A DNA stretch of 63,698 nt, the filler included, from Lama guanicoe (Eukaryota), in NCBI GenBank assembly GCA_013239625.1. It is 200 parts of 200 records of this genome, joined end to end, with 100 filler letters (N's around TTAATTAATTAA, not from the genome) between each part and the next. Parts side by side here need not be neighbours in the genome. Positions count along the whole stretch, not along the records: positions 13,718 to 13,936 come from PNXV01039731.1; positions 14,037 to 14,255 come from PNXV01039732.1; positions 14,356 to 14,574 come from PNXV01039733.1; positions 14,675 to 14,893 come from PNXV01039734.1; positions 14,994 to 15,212 come from PNXV01039735.1; positions 15,313 to 15,531 come from PNXV01039736.1; positions 15,632 to 15,850 come from PNXV01039737.1; positions 15,951 to 16,169 come from PNXV01039738.1; 192 more parts are not named here. One strand, given 5' to 3'. Shown here one piece after another: positions 13,618 to 25,101 of the stretch (its first letter is position 1; every line of letters starts with the position of its first letter). The position numbers were made by a program, and so were the translations under genes. Under the pieces are notes generated by a model that saw nothing but the letters and a program-made list of their open reading frames with translations, did not search any database and was not told the origin of the DNA.

Positions 13618-14355
13618 NNNNNNNNNNNNNNNNNNNNNNNNNNNNNNNNNNNNNNNNNNNNTTAATTAATTAANNNNNNNNNNNNNNNNNNNNNNNNNNN
13701 NNNNNNNNNNNNNNNNNCTTTACTTCATTTCTCTGAGTCCTAGTGTCTGCCTTTATAAAATGGAGTCATGTAGCCAATGCTACCGTTTTCCTCACAGATT
13801 TACTGGAAGGCTCCAAGTACAACATACACAAAAGGATTTGGAAAACTTCAGAACACTTTAAGTAGGAGGTATTATTTAAGGCTAATTTAGTACTTTCTAT
13901 GCCTGGCAGATTGCATGAAGTATATGGCATCACATTNNNNNNNNNNNNNNNNNNNNNNNNNNNNNNNNNNNNNNNNNNNNTTAATTAATTAANNNNNNNN
14001 NNNNNNNNNNNNNNNNNNNNNNNNNNNNNNNNNNNNAGAGGCCATCCTCCCTTCTGGGTAGTGACCCCAGAAATGACCGAAAACCCTAGCAGTCCTGTCT
14101 TTGAATGCAGAAGTATTTTTCTTTTAAAATACACTGGAAAAATAAAGCAGCTTTCTCACATTTGTACCCAGTGCTTACATGGCTCATTAGAAGATTCATT
14201 TGAATAAACCATTAAATAAATGAGCCAAATTTTGAATAAGCCAAATTGTATCCCTNNNNNNNNNNNNNNNNNNNNNNNNNNNNNNNNNNNNNNNNNNNNT
14301 TAATTAATTAANNNNNNNNNNNNNNNNNNNNNNNNNNNNNNNNNNNNNNNNNNNN

Positions 14356-14574
14356 TGGTAACCATGGTCACAGATCAGAGTCTGAGATCACCTATGTATT
14401 TTTTCCTTACTTCCTTGTCCATTTTGGATGTCACCTTCTCTTCTGTCATTGCACCCAAGTTGATTGTGGACTGTCTCTGAGAGCCCTACCATCTCCTTCA
14501 AAGGCTGCATGGCCCAACTGTTTGCAGAGCACTTCTTTGGTGGAGTGGGGATCATCCTTCTCACTGTCATGGCC
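14356..14574 (+). pseudogene. Olfactory receptor family 4 (OR4C6-like) fragment, TM1-TM3, frameshifted
   Basis: One frame reads [40 protein letters not shown] then TGA (14478-14480). The shifted frame continues [38 protein letters not shown] and C..Q.F...F motifs are present. Confidence 0.9.
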
Positions 14575-16590
14575 NNNNNNNNNNNNNNNNNNNNNNNNNN
14601 NNNNNNNNNNNNNNNNNNTTAATTAATTAANNNNNNNNNNNNNNNNNNNNNNNNNNNNNNNNNNNNNNNNNNNNTTGTTCATTTACTCAAGGCCCAGTTC
14701 CGGAACATCTCCAACGGGGAGGGTGCTGTATTACGAGTCGGTGCAGGGGTGAAAAAGGAGCCTGGGTGCCTGCTCTCAAGGACCTGTTACTCGGGCAGCA
14801 CATAAACCTGGAAAGCAGGCTTCCCATCCTGCTTGGATTACAGCCCAAACTCCAGGCCAGGACCTACAAAATCCTGCACGACCCGGTTCCTGANNNNNNN
14901 NNNNNNNNNNNNNNNNNNNNNNNNNNNNNNNNNNNNNTTAATTAATTAANNNNNNNNNNNNNNNNNNNNNNNNNNNNNNNNNNNNNNNNNNNNAAAAAAA
15001 AATAATCCTTAAGGTATTTCAAAAATTAATACATAACAAGGATAAAGAGATAGCTTTTTAAAAAGTAACTTTCACTTACATTTCTCATGTGTTATCTCGT
15101 AAATATTTATAACCATTACCTGCAAATATTGCTATAATCATTTATCAGACATTTAATAGGTCATTGAATAAGGCTCAAAAATTAGGATTTAAGGAAACAC
15201 TTCTGGCCTTTANNNNNNNNNNNNNNNNNNNNNNNNNNNNNNNNNNNNNNNNNNNNTTAATTAATTAANNNNNNNNNNNNNNNNNNNNNNNNNNNNNNNN
15301 NNNNNNNNNNNNGCCCTGAGGTGCCCGTGGACCCAGGCCGGGTGTCCCTCCTACCCGGGCCGCCACCTCTGGGCCCGGCCACGTGCCCTGAGCTCAGGGC
15401 AGCAAGGCTCTGCTCGCTCTGGCCCAGTGTCGTGAGCTCCACGTCCGCTTTGTCGGAGTAGATTTAGGCCAAACGCTGCTTCTTCTTGTGGAGATGTGTG
15501 TGTGTTCTTCTCTGAGCAGTATCCCCAGCCCNNNNNNNNNNNNNNNNNNNNNNNNNNNNNNNNNNNNNNNNNNNNTTAATTAATTAANNNNNNNNNNNNN
15601 NNNNNNNNNNNNNNNNNNNNNNNNNNNNNNNAAATGAAATATTTATAAAACCCAATTTACTTTAAATGGGTGAATATCGCCTCATAGTTTTACGTTTTGT
15701 TCCCCTCCGTCCTGTTTCACCGGATCGTGGGGGGACGTGTCAGTCCGGTGGTGACAGGTAGATCCGGCTGAGGTTGGGATTAGGTGTGACGTTGTTTCTT
15801 CCTCAGGTTGCCTGTCATTCAGGTAAGAATTGGCCTTTCAATATGAAAGANNNNNNNNNNNNNNNNNNNNNNNNNNNNNNNNNNNNNNNNNNNNTTAATT
15901 AATTAANNNNNNNNNNNNNNNNNNNNNNNNNNNNNNNNNNNNNNNNNNNNCTCAGCTGACAGTCCATGTGCTGTTCCAATCTCACAGCATGAGGCCTAAA
16001 TGAGGGTGACTCTGTGCCTGGGCACATCCGGGGATGGGCGGTGAGGCAAACCCGATGCCTGGGGACCTGCCTGGCTGTTCCGTACCAGCGGCCAGGCACC
16101 GCCACCTCCGTGCGCACTTTAGCTAAGGGCTCCAACAACACCAGCACAACTTTGCTGGTGTCACTGTTANNNNNNNNNNNNNNNNNNNNNNNNNNNNNNN
16201 NNNNNNNNNNNNNTTAATTAATTAANNNNNNNNNNNNNNNNNNNNNNNNNNNNNNNNNNNNNNNNNNNNGTGGCGGTCAGTGGGGGCGATATTGTAAAAG
16301 TCGGGGGAGATTGAGATTTTGTGTTGTGGCTTAGAATTAGAATTTGGGGGTGGCTTTTGTTTTCTCTTGTCAGAGTGAGTCCTGCAAAGTGGACAGGGCT
16401 TCACAGATTTATGTTCTGTCTCAGCTGCTTATGCTGAGATCACTGACCTCGTAGCTGCCACCTACTTGCCACGAGGTAGGAGGTGCGTNNNNNNNNNNNN
16501 NNNNNNNNNNNNNNNNNNNNNNNNNNNNNNNNTTAATTAATTAANNNNNNNNNNNNNNNNNNNNNNNNNNNNNNNNNNNNNNNNNNNNAA

Positions 16591-16806
16591 GTGACCTGTG
16601 GTGAAACCTGGATCAATGACATCTTCCTCTTTGCTGAAGGTGTGTTTATCTTAGTTGGGCCCCTTTCCTTGATGCTGGTGTCCTATGTGCACATTCTCTG
16701 GGCCATCCTGAAGATCCAGTCCAAGGAGGGCCGCAAGAAAGCCTTTTCCACCTGCTCCTCCCACCTCTGTGTTGTGGGGTTCTACTTTGGCATAGCCATG
16801 ATGGTT
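16591..16806 (+). CDS. Olfactory receptor family 2 (OR2A-like) partial CDS, TM5-TM6
   Basis: Open frame [72 protein letters not shown] with SY and [10 protein letters not shown] motifs. Truncated at both ends. Confidence 0.92.
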
Positions 16807-17569
16807 TNNNNNNNNNNNNNNNNNNNNNNNNNNNNNNNNNNNNNNNNNNNNTTAATTAATTAANNNNNNNNNNNNNNNNNNNNNNNNNNNNNNNNNNNNN
16901 NNNNNNNAGCGTTCGACTTAGTTTTCCTAGAAGCACCTTCTTTTGCCCTTCCTCTCCGTTTACATCATTTACATTAAGACGGGTGACTCTGACCTTGGGT
17001 CTAACTGACCTGAACAGCTATGGGAACACAGAAGATCTGCCCCCCAGGGGCTCACCTGCACAGCATCCTGGGATCCCGATGGTACAGACGTCCGGGAGAG
17101 CAGCCACAGAGAACCTGGTCTGCCTANNNNNNNNNNNNNNNNNNNNNNNNNNNNNNNNNNNNNNNNNNNNTTAATTAATTAANNNNNNNNNNNNNNNNNN
17201 NNNNNNNNNNNNNNNNNNNNNNNNNNACCTTTCCCCTCCCAGGGCTAGTCTGCCCTGTTGTTTAATGGAGGGCCCTGGTTGTTCTGCCCTGTGTACCCAC
17301 AGCAAGGGTACACAGCCCCCTCCATTCCACCAGGCTGCCTCAGTGCAACCATCATCATCTTCCACCCAGCTCAGGCAGAATTGCCCTGCTCCCAGGTGCC
17401 AGGAAGCCTCTTGGTCTGGGTGTCACAGGGATCCTCTGTGCCTGTNNNNNNNNNNNNNNNNNNNNNNNNNNNNNNNNNNNNNNNNNNNNTTAATTAATTA
17501 ANNNNNNNNNNNNNNNNNNNNNNNNNNNNNNNNNNNNNNNNNNNNGTCCTGCCATAGACTGTCAAGTGG

Positions 17570-17720
17570 ACACTGGGTTATCTTGGACAAGTAACTTAGC
17601 CTTTCTAAATTTTAATCTTCCCATGTGTAAAAACTTGATAATATTACCTGCCTCGGGTTTTTTTTTTTTTAATGAGGATCAGATTAGGCCTGTCACACAG
17701 CACTTTGTCACAGCCTATGC
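17570..17720 (+). mobile_element. MIR SINE fragment
   Basis: tcttggacaagtaacttagcctttctaaattttaatcttcccatgtgtaaaa...gataatattacctgcctc. Confidence 0.7.
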
Positions 17721-18821
17721 TTACTGATAAGGATAGTATTTATTTTATCAGTAGAAATTTGATTNNNNNNNNNNNNNNNNNNNNNNNNNNNNNNNNNNNN
17801 NNNNNNNNTTAATTAATTAANNNNNNNNNNNNNNNNNNNNNNNNNNNNNNNNNNNNNNNNNNNNTTCTCTTTCCTTCCTCATCCCACAGCATTAAAAATA
17901 ACAAGATTGTTGACGGTCCTTGGACAAATCGTCTCTTCTAGGACTGCTCTGATACACATGTGTTTGTGCACGCATGTGCTTCGTGGTTTCTCAGGGATCT
18001 GGGTGGACTCCTTAGTGAACTAAGTGGTCACTCCTGTTTGCTGATGCAACCAAATCTGATACATGCTTGTAGAAAAGTATTAANNNNNNNNNNNNNNNNN
18101 NNNNNNNNNNNNNNNNNNNNNNNNNNNTTAATTAATTAANNNNNNNNNNNNNNNNNNNNNNNNNNNNNNNNNNNNNNNNNNNNAGATAGAGGGAAAGGCC
18201 AAAGTTAGGCTGTGAAACACTCCTGGACAGGGCGACAATTTGGGTCACCTGGCGGCCGCTCTCAGCATGTCCTGGGGAAAGTGCCCGGGGGGCGACCTCG
18301 TTCCACCAGAGTAGGGAGGTGATGTGGGTTCTGGATCCCATGGGGCGGGTGCGGTGCCCAGATGGCCCTGAGGGTACCGGAGGTTCAGTTCCCAGGCAAA
18401 CANNNNNNNNNNNNNNNNNNNNNNNNNNNNNNNNNNNNNNNNNNNNTTAATTAATTAANNNNNNNNNNNNNNNNNNNNNNNNNNNNNNNNNNNNNNNNNN
18501 NNTCGTCGGAGTCCAGGAAAGGAGAAAAGACAGGAAGCCATTTCCTGAAAACGTAGTAATTTATTCACAGGACCAAGTAATAGTCCCATTTACGAGCACC
18601 AGGGTTCAGGACTGGACTGAAACCAGGGCAAAGGTGCCTTGATGCTGAACTGTTGTTGGCTTGGGTTTCCACTTCCGCTGACACTGAATCACTTTAGGCT
18701 TGGAGCTCGGGTGAGGCAGAANNNNNNNNNNNNNNNNNNNNNNNNNNNNNNNNNNNNNNNNNNNNTTAATTAATTAANNNNNNNNNNNNNNNNNNNNNNN
18801 NNNNNNNNNNNNNNNNNNNNN

Positions 18822-19040
18822 TTAATTTACATGCAGCTGTCCAGTTTTCCCTACACCATTTGCTGAAGAGATTAATTGACCAAAAGTTTGTGGGTTTACT
18901 TCTGGGCTCTCTGTTCCGTTCTGTTGATCCTTATGTCTGTTTTTGTGTCAATACCGTGCTGTTTTGACTGCAGCTCTGTCGTATTGTCTGCAGTCTGGGA
19001 GGGTTATTCTTCCATCTTAATTGTTTTCCTTCTGTAATGC
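18822..19040 (-). mobile_element. L1 ORF2 fragment (antisense, with internal deletion)
   Basis: catgcagctgtccagttttccctacaccatttgctgaagag / attaattgacca...tgtgggtttacttctgggctctctgttc. Confidence 0.85.
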
Positions 19041-21693
19041 NNNNNNNNNNNNNNNNNNNNNNNNNNNNNNNNNNNNNNNNNNNNTTAATTAATTAANNNN
19101 NNNNNNNNNNNNNNNNNNNNNNNNNNNNNNNNNNNNNNNNGGTCACATTTTCCCAAGGCCTTTGAAGAAAACAGAACCCAAAAGTGGAGAGCAAACTTGC
19201 AAAAGATGTATCTTCCCTGCTGTGGTGGCCCAGGGGAGGCACTTAAGATTTAATGAACACATGGACTGTGTGGTCAGAGGACCTGGTTTCAATCCTAGCT
19301 CCAGCCCTTCAAGATACAGAGAATTTCCGTGACCAAAGCTTGAGCTTCTCATTGGCAAANNNNNNNNNNNNNNNNNNNNNNNNNNNNNNNNNNNNNNNNN
19401 NNNTTAATTAATTAANNNNNNNNNNNNNNNNNNNNNNNNNNNNNNNNNNNNNNNNNNNNTAATAAAATTGCATACTTGCATGTATGTCTCTTTTAGGAAT
19501 AGCCCCAACAGAAATGAGCGGACGCATATATCAAAACACTTACATATAAATGCTCATAGCAATGTTATTAATAATAAGAAAAAAATTAGAATAGTCCAAA
19601 TGCCTGTTAATTTTTATAGAAATAAAGAAATAAACAAGGCAAAGAAAATTGAGTCAAAACACAGGAAGTGTAATCAGGNNNNNNNNNNNNNNNNNNNNNN
19701 NNNNNNNNNNNNNNNNNNNNNNTTAATTAATTAANNNNNNNNNNNNNNNNNNNNNNNNNNNNNNNNNNNNNNNNNNNNCTGTCTATCCAGCAGCCAACAA
19801 AGCTGTTTTCATTTTACATTAACTGGCCCCAGACTGGCCAACATGGCTGTGGAGATGCCCCCTCTTCCCGCATCCCGTGCCACCCACTGTCCATGCGGTC
19901 CAGGAGAGCATCCCACATTCCTGCAGCTCAAACAGGGCGCCCCGCTGCCATTCAGATCCAAGAGATAAGCCACTTGTGTGCAAATGAATTATGGGCCNNN
20001 NNNNNNNNNNNNNNNNNNNNNNNNNNNNNNNNNNNNNNNNNTTAATTAATTAANNNNNNNNNNNNNNNNNNNNNNNNNNNNNNNNNNNNNNNNNNNNGGT
20101 CAACCTTTAAAAGAAGAAATGTCATCAGGGCAGAGAAGACTGAAAAGTTTGAAGCCCAGGAAGAGTCTTGCTGATGCCTTCTTCAACATGGTAGAGGTAA
20201 TTTACCATTGAGAAAACAATCCTCTGATGGTTGACTGCTACGTGATCTGTTTCAGCATGCTGGGGTTCCAGGGCTACGGAGTGTTTTACAACTACCAAAA
20301 GAAGCTCCTTGTTAGANNNNNNNNNNNNNNNNNNNNNNNNNNNNNNNNNNNNNNNNNNNNTTAATTAATTAANNNNNNNNNNNNNNNNNNNNNNNNNNNN
20401 NNNNNNNNNNNNNNNNGTAAAAAGTTTGTGGTGCTGCTAGGTATTTGGTTTTTAAGAAGAAACATCGACAGCCTCTTATTGGTCATATTTTTCTTGATCG
20501 TAAAGCAGAGTGTTGGAAGCTTTCAAAACCACCAGAGATATCCTTTCCATCACCGTCTTTGGTCACTTTGATGACTCTTCTTGATTGGGTATCCTCCTCA
20601 ATTTGGGGGTAGCTCTTGATTTTGGTGAAGGCTTTNNNNNNNNNNNNNNNNNNNNNNNNNNNNNNNNNNNNNNNNNNNNTTAATTAATTAANNNNNNNNN
20701 NNNNNNNNNNNNNNNNNNNNNNNNNNNNNNNNNNNATGGCAGTGACAGGCCTAACATGCTCTCAAGGACAACTTGGCATGGGGGATGTGGGATCGGGAGG
20801 CCGGCTGTTCAGGGAGCTAGGTGGGTGGACGAGGGTCATGTGGGTGTGGAAGGAGATTGCTTGATGCATTCAGGTCCGACCAAGGGATCCGAGGGATGGG
20901 GAGCAGCAGAGGAAACTCGGGTCTCAGCTCAGGGTCAGGCCCTAGGGTGCTGACNNNNNNNNNNNNNNNNNNNNNNNNNNNNNNNNNNNNNNNNNNNNTT
21001 AATTAATTAANNNNNNNNNNNNNNNNNNNNNNNNNNNNNNNNNNNNNNNNNNNNCCATTAGCTGTAATTTGTCCATCCCCGGTGGGCAAAAATGCTGGTG
21101 TACCTGCCTCACTGTAAGGAAACGTGATGGGTGAGGAGGAGATGCGTTTTAAAGAGGCTGCACTGGGGAGAAAGTCACACTAGGTCTTTCAAACAGCAAA
21201 GTCTTTATTAAAAATAGTTTGTCGTTTACATCAGCTCAGCATGCATACAGTTCCCCACATAGCTGACAGCAGGNNNNNNNNNNNNNNNNNNNNNNNNNNN
21301 NNNNNNNNNNNNNNNNNTTAATTAATTAANNNNNNNNNNNNNNNNNNNNNNNNNNNNNNNNNNNNNNNNNNNNCTTTAAATCCCATCCACTTTGCTTCTT
21401 GGATAGGCCTACCACAGGACCCGCCTCTTCCCTGTGCTGAGCAGCTGGCTGTCACTGCACTCTGAGGGTCTGAGTCTCTCACACTTGGTGCTAGACGCCC
21501 GCCACTCTTTGCTTCCTGCAGCCAGACCACCCCACAGCATCCCGGGCCTCCCCTGCCACATGGTAGAGACTGAAGGCTGAGCTCAGACTCCTNNNNNNNN
21601 NNNNNNNNNNNNNNNNNNNNNNNNNNNNNNNNNNNNTTAATTAATTAANNNNNNNNNNNNNNNNNNNNNNNNNNNNNNNNNNNNNNNNNNNNC

Positions 21694-21909
21694 CTGCACC
21701 AGGGGCTCCTGTGCCCCACGCGGCACCTGTGCAGCCCCGCCCCTGCTCCAGCTCCCAAGTCATCAAAGAAGCCCAAGATGAAGGCAACCGAGGACATGTT
21801 CCCCAGCGACTGGAGCCCGCCGCCCGTGGACTTCCTGAGCCTGAGGGCTGCGAAGGCCAACCGGCGGGCCCTGGCCCGGAGGCAGGCAGGTGCGCTGGGG
21901 CCTCCGGGG
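21694..21909 (+). CDS. FAM178B: FAM178B-like N-terminal coding exon (partial)
   Basis: Open frame LHQGLLCPTRHLCSPAPAPAPKSSKKPKMKATEDMFPSDWSPPPVDFLSLRAAKANRRALARRQAGALGPPG aligns without gaps to the recalled human FAM178B LDQGPRCPARRPCSPASAPAPTSPKKPKIQAPGETFPTDWSPPPVEFLNPRVLQASREAPAQRWVGVVGPQG. Confidence 0.8.
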
Positions 21910-22059
21910 CTNNNNNNNNNNNNNNNNNNNNNNNNNNNNNNNNNNNNNNNNNNNNTTAATTAATTAANNNNNNNNNNNNNNNNNNNNNNNNNNNNNNNNN
22001 NNNNNNNNNNNTTTCACTTCTCTTACTGTGCCCCAGCTCTCCCTCTTACCTACTTTATT

Positions 22060-22226
22060 AAGCAGCAGAATCACCTGAAGTGCTTCATTAGAAATGCAGA
22101 GTCTTTGGTTTCACACCCCACTCCAGATTCTGATTCGGTCCATTGGGACCAGTAAGAAACACATATTTTTATAAAGTTCCTCAGGTAATTCTGATCAGTT
22201 CATGTGGGTGCCGCACTTTGAGAACC
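22060..22226. mobile_element. MER5-like hAT MITE
   Basis: agaatcacctgaagtgcttcattagaaatgcagag...ccagattctgattc...ttcctcaggtaattctgat...ctttgagaac. Confidence 0.75.
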
Positions 22227-22649
22227 GGGTNNNNNNNNNNNNNNNNNNNNNNNNNNNNNNNNNNNNNNNNNNNNTTAATTAATTAANNNNNNNNNNNNNN
22301 NNNNNNNNNNNNNNNNNNNNNNNNNNNNNNTTTGTCTCTGCCCCATGAGTATTTCCAAAAATGTATAATTAAATCTTTGCTTTATGCATTTAGATGTGGA
22401 AATATTTACATTTCTCTTAAAAAAAAGTGTTCTTTTTGTTTTCTTTCCTATTCCGACCCAAAATGTTAAAATGGTCTCAGATTAAGATTATGCGTGAACG
22501 TTTTCAAGATGAATTTACATTCGTTACCATTCAGTACATCTAACGTTAANNNNNNNNNNNNNNNNNNNNNNNNNNNNNNNNNNNNNNNNNNNNTTAATTA
22601 ATTAANNNNNNNNNNNNNNNNNNNNNNNNNNNNNNNNNNNNNNNNNNNN

Positions 22650-22868
22650 AAAGTTTTCAAGGAATCGGTCCATTTTTCAAAGTTGTTGAATGTAATTGTT
22701 TATTCTTCCATTATCTGTTTGGTCAGTAGTAATATCCACTCTTATTCTTGGCATGGGTAATTTTTGTCTTCTCTCTTTTTCCCTTGACAATCTCACTAAA
22801 GTTTTATCCATTTTCTTGATCTTTTCAAAGAACTAGTTTTGATTTTTTTAATTTTCTCTATGTATTTT
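22650..22868 (-). mobile_element. Old L1M fragment (antisense)
   Basis: ggaatcggtccatttttcaaagttgttgaat...gttttatccattttcttgatcttttcaaagaactag. Confidence 0.75.
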
Positions 22869-23329
22869 NNNNNNNNNNNNNNNNNNNNNNNNNNNNNNNN
22901 NNNNNNNNNNNNTTAATTAATTAANNNNNNNNNNNNNNNNNNNNNNNNNNNNNNNNNNNNNNNNNNNNCTAAACAAACTGAAAGAATCACACATTATGTT
23001 TTACAAATCCTTTCTTCGAGCAACTCTCTCTGCTGTCCAGACAACACCCATCGACTGGGAGAGCCTCTGCCAACAAAAACAGTAACATACCAATTATAAG
23101 TCTTTCAGAATGGAAAATGATAACTGGTGTTGATTTCCACACTCACCTATCAGATCAAACTGGCAATTACCAAACAGCTGTCTCAGANNNNNNNNNNNNN
23201 NNNNNNNNNNNNNNNNNNNNNNNNNNNNNNNTTAATTAATTAANNNNNNNNNNNNNNNNNNNNNNNNNNNNNNNNNNNNNNNNNNNNAGACCAGAGCACA
23301 TGGTGACAAGGGCACAAGCTTGCAGAAGA

Positions 23330-23490
23330 CGTGGCCCGTCTGCGCGGAAGCCGCGCGCTGACGTCACTCCCTTTCCGGGACGGTGCTGTGGCGTGGCCTG
23401 TCCCCTCCCCACTCCCCGGCCCGCGGCGCTCTGGCGGGTTCCGTTAGTCGCTGGGTCCCGAGCCCCCCCACCCCCGCCTCTCAGCCACAC
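23330..23490. promoter_or_regulatory. CpG-island promoter-like fragment with ETS (CGGAAG, 23345-23350) and perfect CRE (TGACGTCA, 23359-23366)
   Basis: High CpG density and the motifs are read directly from the sequence; function is inferred. Confidence 0.6.
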
Positions 23491-23925
23491 CCATCGATTT
23501 GTTTGCNNNNNNNNNNNNNNNNNNNNNNNNNNNNNNNNNNNNNNNNNNNNTTAATTAATTAANNNNNNNNNNNNNNNNNNNNNNNNNNNNNNNNNNNNNN
23601 NNNNNNACATGACTCTGGGTGGGGGTGGTTTCCGGATGAGACCAGCGTTGGAATCACAGACTCCGTGAAGCAGGTGACCCTGCCCAGTGTGGACGGGCAG
23701 CGCCCAGTCTGCCCGGGGCCCTGGGAGGATCAAAGGTATGGGAAGGAGGATCCTCCACGTTTCCTTCCTCAGGGATGCGCTGGGCCATCTTTTCCTGCCC
23801 TCGGGCTCCCCTGGTTCTCAGGCCTNNNNNNNNNNNNNNNNNNNNNNNNNNNNNNNNNNNNNNNNNNNNTTAATTAATTAANNNNNNNNNNNNNNNNNNN
23901 NNNNNNNNNNNNNNNNNNNNNNNNN

Positions 23926-24463
23926 CAGATGCTGAACATTGTGGATTTTATTTTGTTAAGTACTTGATTTTTATCATATTTCTTTAAAAAATGTTATTTA
24001 TTATAACAGGCAGTTAGCTTACTTGCAGAACAGCTCAATCGTTTTGAGGTTTCTTTTTAAACTTTATTATATGCGCACTCAACAGGCCTGTGCTTAGCAA
24101 AAGTGATCTAGTTAATGGCATAGCCGAGTCCCAATATACCAACANNNNNNNNNNNNNNNNNNNNNNNNNNNNNNNNNNNNNNNNNNNNTTAATTAATTAA
24201 NNNNNNNNNNNNNNNNNNNNNNNNNNNNNNNNNNNNNNNNNNNNCAGATGCTGAACATTGTGGATTTTATTTTGTTAAGTACTTGATTTTTATTATATTT
24301 CTTTAAAGAATGTTATTTATTATAACAGGCAGTTAATTTACTTGCAGAACAGCTCAATCGTTTTGAGGTTTCTTTTTAAACTTCATTATACGTGCACTCA
24401 CCAGGCCTGTACTCAGCAAAAGTGATCTAGTTAATGGCATAGCCGAGTCCCAATATACCAACA
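23926..24463. repeat. Bubble pair B: contigs 23926-24144 and 24245-24463
   Basis: 10 substitutions between offsets 50 and 170; 49-bp identical ends. Confidence 0.95.
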
Positions 24464-24563
24464 NNNNNNNNNNNNNNNNNNNNNNNNNNNNNNNNNNNNN
24501 NNNNNNNTTAATTAATTAANNNNNNNNNNNNNNNNNNNNNNNNNNNNNNNNNNNNNNNNNNNN

Positions 24564-25101
24564 TGTGGCTTGGAAGGCTACAGACAATAAAGGTGACAAA
24601 AATGGAATAGCATTGAGTGCTTTTGCTTATGAGGAAGAAAACTCAATTGGGGGAAAGAGGACCTGAATTAAGCAAATTCCCTCTAATTTCTAGGGTTACA
24701 AGTCAAGGACAAATAACCCTGCACATTCTTCTATTTACTCCCTCATCTCTGCACAGGTGAGTATTTTTATGTGAAATGAATCNNNNNNNNNNNNNNNNNN
24801 NNNNNNNNNNNNNNNNNNNNNNNNNNTTAATTAATTAANNNNNNNNNNNNNNNNNNNNNNNNNNNNNNNNNNNNNNNNNNNNTGTGGCTTGGAAGGCTAC
24901 AGACAATAAAGGTGACAAAAATGGAATAGCACTGAGTGCTTTTGCTTATGAGGAAGAAAACTCAATTGGGGGAAAGAGGACTTGAATTAAGCAAATTCCC
25001 TCTAATTTCTAGGGTTACAAATCAAGGACAAATAACCCTGCACATTCTTCTGTTTACTCCCTCATCTCTGCACAGGTGAGTATTTTTATGTGAAATGAAT
25101 C
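24564..25101. repeat. Bubble pair C: contigs 24564-24782 and 24883-25101
   Basis: 4 transitions between offsets 50 and 170; 49-bp identical ends. Confidence 0.95.

Noticed and set aside
14388..14570. Minus-strand 60-aa ORF
   Set aside because: Antisense shadow of the plus-strand OR4C-like pseudogene.
14356..16807. Olfactory receptor cluster (two OR fragments about 2 kb apart)
   Set aside because: They lie on separate concatenated contigs and belong to different OR families, so the proximity is artificial.
20098..20635. Coding-looking composition in two contigs (possible processed pseudogenes)
   Set aside because: The frames I translated contain stops and no recognisable protein motif; unsupported without a search.
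23926..25101. Tandem duplications (adjacent near-identical 219-mers)
   Set aside because: The exact 49-bp shared ends and the linker between them indicate assembly bubble branches listed consecutively.
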